From an uncultured virus (IMG/VR IMGVR_UViG_3300028840_003545) (taxonomy: Duplodnaviria; Heunggongvirae; Uroviricota; Caudoviricetes), in the IMG/VR virus record IMGVR_UViG_3300028840_003545: a stretch of DNA of 64,000 nucleotides; one strand, 5' to 3'. Below, in pieces: positions 49,085-58,486 of this stretch. Below the pieces are notes generated by a model, which was not told the origin of the DNA, made no database searches, and was given only the letters and a program-made list of their open reading frames with translations. Position 1 is the first letter of the stretch, and each line of letters opens with the position of its first letter. Position numbers and translations under genes: made by a program.

Positions 49085-49597
49085 TTATCTCCTGTTCTTT
49101 CTTACTTTCACTACCCTACTTCCAGGAAAAACAGAAACCATAGTTGTTATAGTTGCAAGATCTCTCCAGGTAAGTTCTATTCTTCTTTCTTTCTCATCAG
49201 TATATGAAGGAACTACAAAAACCTCTTCATCAAACTCATCAGCAGATAAAACCATAGTCATACCTGTTTTTTCCAACTCTTCTATATCGGATTCAGGTAT
49301 AACATATGGTTCGTCTGACTTTTGTTCATCTCTGGCTATAACAATTCTAGGTCTACCTTCTAATTCACTATCACTAGCTCCAACCCTAGTAGGTACACCT
49401 AATGATATCTCCTCTTCTCTCTTTTCTTTATTCTTACCTGGATTCTTTTTTAGCCATTCTGAGCAAATATGCTCATCTGGTAAAGAGCAGTGTCCACCTT
49501 TATTATAATGTTTACATTTTTTACTTCCTGGTATCTTTTCGTATCTTTCACATGTTATCTTGTTATATTTACTAGCGATAGCCATCTTTTCCTCCAT
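49085..49597 (-). CDS. hypothetical Cys-containing protein
   Basis: C..Y......KKCKHY..GGHC.LPD...C.EW. Confidence 0.5.
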   Translation of the reverse strand: MEEKMAIASKYNKITCERYEKIPGSKKCKHYNKGGHCSLPDEHICSEWLKKNPGKNKEKREEEISLGVPTRVGASDSELEGRPRIVIARDEQKSDEPYVIPESDIEELEKTGMTMVLSADEFDEEVFVVPSYTDEKERRIELTWRDLATITTMVSVFPGSRVVKVRKNRR

Positions 49598-49617
49598 ATG
49601 TTAGTTTTTGTTAAAAA

Positions 49618-49756
49618 TTGGCACACTAATTGCTCTTACGAGCGCGCGCCCAAGCCAGCAATTCCAGGATTTTTTATTTCGTTTATAAAACATAGACTAT
49701 AATGGTTAAAATCTTGGCACACTAATTGCTCTTACGCGCCCGCGCCTCAAGCCAGG
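49618..49756 (+). promoter_or_regulatory. duplicated sigma54 (-24/-12)-like box
   Basis: TTGGCACACTAATTGCTCTTACG at 49618-49640 and 49714-49736; GG-N10-GC spacing. Confidence 0.6.
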
Positions 49757-49959
49757 TTCTAATTTGAAGTTACTAAACTTGGAAAGTTTCCACATATGAT
49801 TCCGTAATATGCATAGTTTAAAAAATGAAGAAATAGAACACGTTTAATCTAAAACTAATACCCTGGTAAACCTTTGATTCTTCCCCTGATGTATTTTTAC
49901 ACCTACAGGTATTCCATGCTTTCTCAGGATCACTATCGACAATGAAGTATCTTGTAAAA

Positions 49960-50450
49960 CTTTCTTGAGATCTTGAGAATGACCATACGCAAGATCTCAG
50001 TAAAAGTGAGATCTTGAGATCTGAACTGTGCAGCGATTCGTATATAATTTCATACACTTAGCCTCAAGATCTCAAGATCTCAGTAAAATTAGGAGAGAGC
50101 ACTTAGAGAAAACATGGGTTTGATTTTTTTGTATCGTGGCACGATGCAATACGAAGCTAAAAGTATGCCAATTACGATTTCATATATTTCCATGTTCTAT
50201 GGCACAGTGAATGCAACGCGCGCGCGCCCAACCTCTCTACAAATTTAAAAGTGAGATCTTGAGATCATGATCAAATTTCAATAACTTACAAGGACAGTCA
50301 CAATACAAATCAGACTGACAACTACTACCATAATTGAATCATTTCGCGCACTTGACGCATCGTATCTGAGTATCTGTTCATAACTCAATTTCACGATTAA
50401 AACTGAGATCAAAGTGAGATCTTGACTCGAAAAAGTGAGATCTTGACCAA
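49960..50450. repeat. iteron-like repeats, putative replication origin
   Basis: AAAGTGAGATCTTGA at about 50003, 50248, 50411 and 50432; inverted CAAGATCTCAGTAAAA at about 49990 and 50073; directly downstream of the primase-helicase. Confidence 0.65.
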
Positions 50451-50579
50451 ATCCCCGGAGATTTTCATACTTACCATGCTCAAGTAGTTGATTTGCTTTA
50501 GAAATTTGAAGAAGCATGATTAGTTTCCAGGGCAACAGTACATCTTTTACTCATTTTTATGATAAACTAACAACTCAGA

Positions 50580-53500
50580 CTAGTTTATATTATCATTATC
50601 TGCATCATACCTACCGCCACCCCATAGTCTTGGTTGCTTTTTTGGAAATGGAGTAAATTCTAATCCTTCAGGTATTAAATCTGAGTCAATAACTACGCAT
50701 CTAGGTCTTGTGTTTCCAAGTTTAATTTGCTTACCACTATCAGTTACATATCCACCACGCTTTTTATTCTCTCTAATTATTCTTTTTAAAGACTTTAGTC
50801 CGTTTGTATCGTCACCTCTACCAGTAGAACGCCTTTGTTCTAGATACACTTCGTAGCAAAGTGGTAGATTTATATGAAGTTTATTATCTATGTACGTGTA
50901 ATGCTTTTCATCTTGTAAATCTCCAGACTGAGCATACACACTTAAAGATTCAATGAAACTATCCAAAGCACTTTTAACACCATCACCACCTTCCAACATC
51001 TCTTCTGTTAGTGCTTCAAATATTGGTTCTAATTCTATATCTGGTACTTCTACACCTAAATTTTCACAAATTGCTTCATATTGAAGTATACCAAATACCA
51101 TAACTGCTAAGTTATCAAAACATCTTAGTGGAGTTTTATCTATTTTCTTTATTTTTGTTAGTATTATTCTGGTAGTTTTCTTAGCATCTTCCATAGTTTT
51201 TTCTATTTCACAACCAAGTGAATATGTTATTATGTATGAAGCTAAAGCTGATAAATTTTGTACAGATACTTGCCTAAAGTTTCTTTGCATATCTGGGTTA
51301 TCTACTATAGTATTTTTTTCTGGACATACGCTTATCATTCTTTCTAGTAGAGCTGCATCTTCCATAGGTTTAGATTCGCCAGCTAAAACTATTGGAGCAT
51401 GTAGGTGAAAGCTAACTATAGTAAGGTCTTGCCTGCCCCTTTCTTCTGTTTCACCACCATATCCTCTACGCAATGCTCTATGCAATTTCTCCATTTTAAT
51501 TTTACCCATATCTTTAGGCTTGTATTCATCTAAAAATACAGGAATAGAGTCAGTTGCTGCTTGAAGTCTCATTAAGGCGAAATCAGTTTCGGTTACTGAA
51601 TAGGGGTCTGTTTTTCTAGCAACACCTAAAAGTGGCCAAAATATCTCTCTGACAATAGATGTTTTACCGGATCCCTGTGTCCCCCATATAACAAGTATAG
51701 GAAAGTGACCCATTAGTTGGTTTATACGTGGTTTAAATGGTGTAGAAAAAAACCATCCTAAAACTGGTATAACAACCTCTGGAACGTTTAATGTTGTTAA
51801 TTGAGCTAAAACCTCTTTAGCGACATCTTTAACTTCATCTTTACTTAATTCACTGTATTTCATTCTACGATTTAGTGATTCATAGTTACCATAATATACG
51901 ATATCAGGAGTTTTCATATGACCACTTTGATCAATTACATATTCAGAAGTGACCCATCTTCTGCCGTCTGCATCTTCAAAATAGCCTAAATTATCGGTAC
52001 CTTTATATGTAGGAACGTCAGCATTAGCTAGGTTTTGCATAAGATACTGAACATTATCATCGCTACCTGTCCACATTAAATCTGGATTAGGCAGTGCTTT
52101 AATAAGATCTTTTCTACTTACCCATGTACTTTTAGGGAATACAAACTTATTAGTAGTATGATCGTTGCTACTTGTTATATCTCCAACTATTAATTGGGTT
52201 GTTCCAGTATCTATCTTATATCTGGTTGTTATAACAAATGATGAGATTACGTCTACATGTTCTACCCCACCTTTTTCTGTTTTTACATAATAGAATCCTA
52301 AGTCTTCATATATTTTACCTCGTATACTTTCATCTATCTGACTTCGTCTTTTTTTAGCTTCTTGTTTCTTTTTCTTATCTTCTTGTCTTCCTTCTTCTTT
52401 TTGTCTCTTTCTAGATGCTTTTATAGTTGCCCTTACTTGTGGTTTAGATATTCTGAATGTTTTACATATATTTTCTGTGTATCTTTCAAGTTCTAACTCA
52501 GAACATGAACAAACAAGCTCACATACTTGTTTATATATTTCGTTCTGTTCTCTAGTAGGTGAGGATGTATCTACTTTAGATAATAGAAAATCTGGATATG
52601 CTTTTGCATTTTTTAGTACATTTTCTAGTTCTTCAATAGGATTATTTACTGTAAATTCATTTAAATCAATCTTATCTAAACCATCAGGTCTAGGAAGTTC
52701 AGCTATTCTAACGTCATTGCCAGCTTTATGAAGTTCAATAGATGTTTTTACTGCGCCATCTTCACCAGGTTTGGTTCCATCTGGTAAAACATCAGCGTCA
52801 TTACATATAATAAACTGGTCTGCTTTTTTAGCTAAAACTAGTAGTTTAGGTATATCTCTTTCTCTAAATCGTGTAGTTACTGGAGATATGCACGGAATAC
52901 CTGCTTGTTTAGCTGATATACAATCAGTAACACCTTCCGTTATTATAGCTCTTTTTACTCTTCTAACTAGAGCATCTTCGTTGTAGAACCATTCGTTAGA
53001 TACAGTTTTAGATACATATGTATGATTATCTCCATGAGTTAGGAGTTTCTTATATTTAGCTTTCTCCCAATCATCATCACTTGTATATGGTTCTGCTCTT
53101 CTTGCTATAGCATAAACCACCCTTCCTCTAAACCAGTATGGAAAGAATAGTCTATTTTTGAAAAAATCTTTTACACCTCCTCCTTTTATTTTTACAAAAA
53201 GTCCTGTTTTTAGTATATATTCGTGATCTTCTTCTTCTAGTTCTCTTTTTAGATATTTATATAGTTTTCCGTCAGCCCAACCTAATTGAAGATCGTTTAT
53301 TGTATCGTCAGTGAATCCATACTTTTGTTTGTAAAATTCGTCTCTTATTTTATTTGGTAGGTTTTTATGATAATAAGCAGTTGCGAGCGTTAGTATATGT
53401 TCTACTTTAATACGTTCTTCATAACTACTTGTTTCTTCATCATGAATCTCAGAGTCACTAAAATCTTTTTTTAACCAATAAGGTTCTAGTCCACATCTTT

Positions 53501-53768
53501 CGGCTAAAATTTCTACTGCTTCACTAAAACTGCATCCTATTTTCTTTTGTATATATTCGAATACATCCCCACCTTCTCCGGTTCCAAAATCAAACCAGCT
53601 TTCAGTGTTAGGATATACAGCAAAACTTGGATCTTTATCGTCTCTAAGTGGAGAACAGCATAATAGTACATTACCTTTTCTATTTAATTGAGCATCTTCT
53701 TCAACTATACTTACAATAGAGGTTCTATTTCTAACCTCTTCTACAAAGTCTTTGTAACTAGTATTCAT
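50580..53768 (-). CDS. DnaG-type primase fused to a P-loop helicase
   Basis: CHC2-like N-terminus (SPLR.DKDPSF..FDFG.GEGGD), Toprim ITEGVTD and DAD, Walker A GTQGSGKT, Walker B FLDE. Confidence 0.9.
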   Translation of the reverse strand: MNTSYKDFVEEVRNRTSIVSIVEEDAQLNRKGNVLLCCSPLRDDKDPSFAVYPNTESWFDFGTGEGGDVFEYIQKKIGCSFSEAVEILAERCGLEPYWLKKDFSDSEIHDEETSSYEERIKVEHILTLATAYYHKNLPNKIRDEFYKQKYGFTDDTINDLQLGWADGKLYKYLKRELEEEDHEYILKTGLFVKIKGGGVKDFFKNRLFFPYWFRGRVVYAIARRAEPYTSDDDWEKAKYKKLLTHGDNHTYVSKTVSNEWFYNEDALVRRVKRAIITEGVTDCISAKQAGIPCISPVTTRFRERDIPKLLVLAKKADQFIICNDADVLPDGTKPGEDGAVKTSIELHKAGNDVRIAELPRPDGLDKIDLNEFTVNNPIEELENVLKNAKAYPDFLLSKVDTSSPTREQNEIYKQVCELVCSCSELELERYTENICKTFRISKPQVRATIKASRKRQKEEGRQEDKKKKQEAKKRRSQIDESIRGKIYEDLGFYYVKTEKGGVEHVDVISSFVITTRYKIDTGTTQLIVGDITSSNDHTTNKFVFPKSTWVSRKDLIKALPNPDLMWTGSDDNVQYLMQNLANADVPTYKGTDNLGYFEDADGRRWVTSEYVIDQSGHMKTPDIVYYGNYESLNRRMKYSELSKDEVKDVAKEVLAQLTTLNVPEVVIPVLGWFFSTPFKPRINQLMGHFPILVIWGTQGSGKTSIVREIFWPLLGVARKTDPYSVTETDFALMRLQAATDSIPVFLDEYKPKDMGKIKMEKLHRALRRGYGGETEERGRQDLTIVSFHLHAPIVLAGESKPMEDAALLERMISVCPEKNTIVDNPDMQRNFRQVSVQNLSALASYIITYSLGCEIEKTMEDAKKTTRIILTKIKKIDKTPLRCFDNLAVMVFGILQYEAICENLGVEVPDIELEPIFEALTEEMLEGGDGVKSALDSFIESLSVYAQSGDLQDEKHYTYIDNKLHINLPLCYEVYLEQRRSTGRGDDTNGLKSLKRIIRENKKRGGYVTDSGKQIKLGNTRPRCVVIDSDLIPEGLEFTPFPKKQPRLWGGGRYDADNDNIN

Positions 53769-55180
53769 CAGATAATAAACTTTCTTGGCTCTCTGATGTC
53801 TAGCCCAATACTATTAAATATTCTTTTTCTTTGCATCCATCTTGCTAATAGAGTAGGTACTCTAACGTCTACTATATCGTATATAATTGCGCTATTTTTA
53901 CCCGGACGCATTACCCTACCAGCTCTTTGTGTTGTTCTTCCTTTGGCTTTACTTGGTAAAGCTAATATTAGTCTACTTAAATTAGGAACATCTAGACCTT
54001 CGTCAGCCAAACTAGTTGCTGTTAGACATTGAATTTCACCAGTTCTAAATTTATCTAATATTGGTTTTCTTAGTTTCTTTTTAGTTTTACCAGTTAATGA
54101 AGTACATTTAATTCCTTTTTTTGATATTTCTTCTGCTAAAAAGTAGCAATGTTCTACTCTGTTTGATAATACTAATATACTTTCACCTTTTCTAGCTTCT
54201 CTATTAGCTAATTCAATTATAATACTATTTCTCCATTCGTCAGTAATTAAAGCTCCAGTCATTTTATGAACATATTCTGTACTACTAGCCGATTCCCCAA
54301 ACATTTGAGAGAATGTAAAATCTGTTTCTATAGGCACAACAGATGCGTGCATTAAAAATCCATCTTCTATAAGCTTGTCCGTTGGATAATTAAATAGTTG
54401 AGTACCTAAAGACCAATACATTAAATTAGTTAGTCCATCTTCTCTATCTGGTGTGGCTGTTAGTCCAAATCTATATTTTGCTGGCAAATGTGGTAATATT
54501 TTTTGAAACGTATTAGCTGGAACATGATGAGATTCGTCTACTATCACTATCCCAAATCTTGTAAAAAGTTTGATATTATCTTTATTTTTTAATACATTTT
54601 CAATTGAATCTACTATAGCTACAGTAACATCTTGTATATCTACTATACCGTCTCCAATTTGACCTGCTTTTATTCCTATTTTTTTTAATGATTCAAGCCA
54701 TTGATCTCTTAGGTCTTTAGTATGAACTACTATTAAGGCAGTTCTTTTCATTTTACCTATAATGGATACACCAATAAATGTTTTACCTCCACCACAAGGT
54801 AATACTATAACTCCTTGCACTCTTTTTATAGCTGATTGCTGTGCATTTCTTTGATATTCTCTTAGACCTAAAGCGGCCTTACATTTTATTGGTTTACCAG
54901 TTGTTCTTCCATCTATAATTTGTACTATTATATCATGTTTATCTAGAATATTTCTTATAATATTAACTGCACCTCTAGGAGCGTGCGCATATCCTATTTT
55001 ATCTGGTTTTACACAATATATTCGTTTTGGTATATGATCCACATTACCACTTGAACTAAATCTTTTGGCTGCTATATAATAGGGATTTACGAAGCTTAAC
55101 GCTTCTCTAAGTTCATGAAATACAGGCTCTGGCAAACCTTTAATTATTATTTCGCCAGATACTAATGCTTTTACTTGCAT
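53768..55180 (-). CDS. superfamily 2 helicase (XPB/Rad25-like)
   Basis: LREYQ, PCGGGKT, DESHH, LTATPDR, EGLD, QRAGRVMR. Confidence 0.95.
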   Translation of the reverse strand: MQVKALVSGEIIIKGLPEPVFHELREALSFVNPYYIAAKRFSSSGNVDHIPKRIYCVKPDKIGYAHAPRGAVNIIRNILDKHDIIVQIIDGRTTGKPIKCKAALGLREYQRNAQQSAIKRVQGVIVLPCGGGKTFIGVSIIGKMKRTALIVVHTKDLRDQWLESLKKIGIKAGQIGDGIVDIQDVTVAIVDSIENVLKNKDNIKLFTRFGIVIVDESHHVPANTFQKILPHLPAKYRFGLTATPDREDGLTNLMYWSLGTQLFNYPTDKLIEDGFLMHASVVPIETDFTFSQMFGESASSTEYVHKMTGALITDEWRNSIIIELANREARKGESILVLSNRVEHCYFLAEEISKKGIKCTSLTGKTKKKLRKPILDKFRTGEIQCLTATSLADEGLDVPNLSRLILALPSKAKGRTTQRAGRVMRPGKNSAIIYDIVDVRVPTLLARWMQRKRIFNSIGLDIREPRKFII

Positions 55181-55196
55181 GATCTTTAGACTGATA

Positions 55197-55216
55197 CGCC
55201 CCGATAGTACGGGGCG
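55197..55216 (-). terminator. hairpin after the SSB-like gene
   Basis: CGCCCCG-ATAGTA-CGGGGCG. Confidence 0.5.
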
Positions 55217-55247
55217 CTAAATGATTTCAATTATTTATTTAGACAAA

Positions 55248-56051
55248 TCAGGCAAATGGATCATCTTCATCTTCATCATCATCGACCTTATCTTTATTTT
55301 CAAGTTTGTCTATGAAAGCTACAGCACTTTTAAGCTGATCTTCTTTAAGGTCTTTAATCTTCTTTATTCCAAATTCTTTTAGGAATTCAGTAAGCTCTTC
55401 TCTTGGTCTTAGTTTTAGTCTTTTGACTATATCTTGAGCATCGTCACTATCTATAGGTGAATCGTTTTTTCTTTTATTACTGTTGGATGATTTAGATTTT
55501 CTTTCTTTTTTATCGTCATCATTGTCATCATCGTCATCATCGTCATCATCATTATTTCTACCAGTAAGATCGAAAAGCTCTAGCTCAGAGAGCATTTCTT
55601 TATCTTCTTTCGTAAGTCTATCTTCTGGTAGTACGTTTATTTTATATCTTGTCTTAGTGCTTTTAGCCTTACCTTGTCTTTCAATTTCAAACCAATATTT
55701 TTCGAATCCATATTTTTCATCAGTGGCAACTAGATCATTAAAGAAGTATATACCTTGTTCAAAGATTCTTACCTCTTCAATGTCTTCTTCATCATAACCT
55801 TTCTTAAGTTTAGTGTATTGGGTTTTGACGTAAACGTTTATACTAAACTTAGCTTGTGGTGGGCCTTTTTTACAACGTTTGCAATCTTCTCCTTCACATA
55901 GCTCTGTACCACCATCCACCCAATGTATTTCTTTACCTTCAGGTTCACCTAAAAAGGCGACCATTATCTTATCGCCGTCATTTTCTAGCTTAATAAACGA
56001 ACCGCCGCCTCTAGATTTATCTGCTACTTCTTTAGCACTATCCCAGCCCAT
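55248..56051 (-). CDS. putative single-stranded DNA-binding/annealing protein
   Basis: FIKL..DGD...V.F, I.R.G.....TRY, acidic tracts, C-terminal DDPF; first gene of the replication operon. Confidence 0.65.
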   Translation of the reverse strand: MGWDSAKEVADKSRGGGSFIKLENDGDKIMVAFLGEPEGKEIHWVDGGTELCEGEDCKRCKKGPPQAKFSINVYVKTQYTKLKKGYDEEDIEEVRIFEQGIYFFNDLVATDEKYGFEKYWFEIERQGKAKSTKTRYKINVLPEDRLTKEDKEMLSELELFDLTGRNNDDDDDDDDDNDDDKKERKSKSSNSNKRKNDSPIDSDDAQDIVKRLKLRPREELTEFLKEFGIKKIKDLKEDQLKSAVAFIDKLENKDKVDDDEDEDDPFA

Positions 56052-56103
56052 GGTTTTTCTCCTATAGTTATTTTATGATGCATAGCACCATTGAACTGAA
56101 CGA

Positions 56104-56133
56104 AGTGTAACCTGGAACGGTTCCAGGTGTCAA
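56104..56133 (-). promoter_or_regulatory. replication-operon promoter with palindromic operator as its spacer
   Basis: TTGACA-N18-TACACT; ACCTGGAAC-G-GTTCCAGGT at 56110-56128. Confidence 0.65.
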
Positions 56134-56633
56134 TCGATGTCAACCTGGGTTACTCATCACAGTTACTATATGCTATGCTAGATACGTACTAGTTATGTTA
56201 ACTGTGCGGTAAGTAATGCACTTCTGACATGTGGATCATGTAGCTATATTTGATTGTTCCATGTTTTTAGTGAACATGGAAGAGGTATGATAAAAGGAAT
56301 CGTCTTTGTTTGGACGTAATTGACCCTGGGATCGATTTTGGGCTGATTAGTGTATAGGATACTTGAGTCACAATTGGACGCTATATAGCTAGCGAATTGG
56401 GGCAGTAATTGGCGCAATTGGGTAGCGCTCGGATTAGGGCAGGGGTAGAACGCGTTTTTGAGCCTAGGGGTAGGGGGTAGTGTAGGGGCAGGGGTGTCGA
56501 GCCTTTACGGGTCGATTTCAGGGGTAGGACAAGGTAGGATTTATCGAGTGTTAGAATTAAATAATAAAACGGTGGCTTTAGATCTATTTTGCTAAACCAC
56601 CGTTAACTAATTCTATAGACTTAAATGCGGAAA

Positions 56634-56651
56634 GCCCCGCTTTCGCGGGGC
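56634..56651 (-). terminator. intrinsic terminator of the 56683 gene
   Basis: GCCCCGC-GAAA-GCGGGGC followed by TTT on the minus strand. Confidence 0.75.
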
Positions 56652-56682
56652 CTATGTGGTGGGACGTAGTACGATGTAGGTT

Positions 56683-57228
56683 TTATTCTTCGTCGCTCGT
56701 GTCGTCGCTGTCGTCCACATTTTCCACGTTCAGGAAGTAGCGCGTTCCGCGTCGTTCTCCCTCTTTTCTTGCGGTTCCATCGGCGAGCATGGCTTTCGCG
56801 ATTCGGGAGACTTCCTTGCTTTCCAGACCACAGGATGCGGCGAGTTGACCCACCGTTTTTCCTTCGCCGTCGAGATGGTCAAGCAATGCTTCCTTTTCTT
56901 CATCGCTGGCTTTCGCCGTGTTGGTAGAAGAACCGGACGAAACAGACTTCTTACGAACCTTCAAGGACTGACAAAGGAACGTGATTTTGTCATCATCGGA
57001 CGCGGTGGCGCCCATGGGACCGGCGTCAAACCACTGCAAAAGTTCTGCTGCCTTTTCTTTGCGCGTGCCAAATCCGCTGATTTGCTCTTCGAGTGTCTTG
57101 ACCGCTTGCTTCGCCTTTTCTAGGCTTTCGTTCAGCTTCGTAAGCTCCGTTTCGTCATCAATACCCCAACCAACTTCACCATAGAAAACTTCGAGAAATG
57201 CGGACTGTGCTTTGTTAAGCTTCGCCAT
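56683..57228 (-). CDS. coiled-coil + winged-helix DNA-binding protein (GC-rich gene)
   Basis: GKTVGQLAASCGL..KEV...A..ML..G...KEGERRGTRYF; GGAGG SD. Confidence 0.7.
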   Translation of the reverse strand: MAKLNKAQSAFLEVFYGEVGWGIDDETELTKLNESLEKAKQAVKTLEEQISGFGTRKEKAAELLQWFDAGPMGATASDDDKITFLCQSLKVRKKSVSSGSSTNTAKASDEEKEALLDHLDGEGKTVGQLAASCGLESKEVSRIAKAMLADGTARKEGERRGTRYFLNVENVDDSDDTSDEE

Positions 57229-57332
57229 GTTGGTTCCTCCGTTGCTGTTCTTACGTGCGCCCATTTTGGTTCCCCTTTTCTTTGGGAACCGTTGTTTCGT
57301 TCTGGGTATCGGTTCCCGTTGCGTGCATTGGG

Positions 57333-57361
57333 AAGGTAACTCGGCTCAAAACCGTTGTCCA
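57333..57361 (-). promoter_or_regulatory. sigma70-type promoter for the wHTH gene
   Basis: TGGACA-N17-TACCTT. Confidence 0.5.
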
Positions 57362-57519
57362 CCCAAATTCGTATCGATATCCAAAAAAAAAATTACATAG
57401 GCAAAAACGGTTACTTACACATATGGCAATCGGCAACCTAACCGGACACGAACCGTTAATTAATTCGAATGGATTAGTTAAGTTATTGATAGCAAAGATT
57501 CTCGAGGATTAATGATTTT

Positions 57520-57624
57520 TGGCATATGGATTGCTAACGCGCGAGCGCTGTGTAAGACAAGGTGCGTGATAATTATGATAGCTGTTTTGCCAATTCTGGC
57601 ATATGGATTGCTAACGCGTGCGCG
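57520..57624 (+). promoter_or_regulatory. duplicated sigma54 (-24/-12)-like box
   Basis: TGGCATATGGATTGCTAACGCG at 57520 and 57597. Confidence 0.6.
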
Positions 57625-57727
57625 TTCCTTTCTCACGTTAGCGAAGTGTAGCAAAACGTTAACTAATTGCGTTCGATTAGTTATCGTTCGAAAAGAAAAT
57701 TGAATGGGAAAGGGATAGTATAGATAT

Positions 57728-58486
57728 CTAAATATCTGACAGACTTTCTATAAGCATATTAAGTTTTTCTTCTAGTTTAACAAGGGTCGGTGCCTTTAAG
57801 GTTCCGGCTCTTATGCTTTTATGCTTCTTAAGGTATGGTCTTATATGTGCCACATAACCTTTAGATGTTTTATTTGATAATTCAAAACCTCTTTTACCAA
57901 AAAAATCAGTACCTTTAGTTAATATTCTAGTACGCAATGTTGTAGCATGTTTGGTTGGTTTAGGCTCACTGATTGAATAAAAGTCATACTTACTTATATT
58001 AGCGTCACCTGCATCAGAAAATGAATAAAAGCCGCTGCCGGTAACTACTAGATGATCTACTACATCTATACCTATAATTCGACCGGCTTTAACACATTCT
58101 TTCGTTAGGTTAAGGTCTGCTCTACTAGGTTTTAACACGCCAGAAGGGTGGTTATGTGCTACTATTATATATACAGCACCAACGATAATAGCTGCTCTAA
58201 ATATATCTCTTATGTGTACACCTAAGTTATTAGCTGTTCCACGAGCTACCTCTGATACGCTTAATACCTTCATTTGAGAGTCTAAACAGATAACATAAAA
58301 TACCTCTTGTTCTTCAGAGGTAACTCTCTTTTCTAGTATATCCCAAGCCTCAGACGCTTCTCTAACTTCTCCTAAAACTGGTTTATCAAAAAACTTAGTA
58401 TCTCTACATATTCTAATCCATTCTGGACCGCTTCTTTCTATCTTACACGAAGATTTAGTATTGCTTTCCAAATTTCTTTTGCCCAT
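57728..58486 (-). CDS. radC: RadC/JAB (MPN+) domain protein
   Basis: EQEVFYVICLD, HIRDIF, HNHPSG..KPS.AD, DHLVV; start reassigned to MGKRNL. Confidence 0.9.
   Translation of the reverse strand: MGKRNLESNTKSSCKIERSGPEWIRICRDTKFFDKPVLGEVREASEAWDILEKRVTSEEQEVFYVICLDSQMKVLSVSEVARGTANNLGVHIRDIFRAAIIVGAVYIIVAHNHPSGVLKPSRADLNLTKECVKAGRIIGIDVVDHLVVTGSGFYSFSDAGDANISKYDFYSISEPKPTKHATTLRTRILTKGTDFFGKRGFELSNKTSKGYVAHIRPYLKKHKSIRAGTLKAPTLVKLEEKLNMLIESLSDI

Noticed and set aside
49600..50570. CRISPR array, or ORFs 49818..50057 and 50278..50535
   Set aside because: Repeats are short, irregularly spaced and in both orientations; the ORFs simply translate the iterons.
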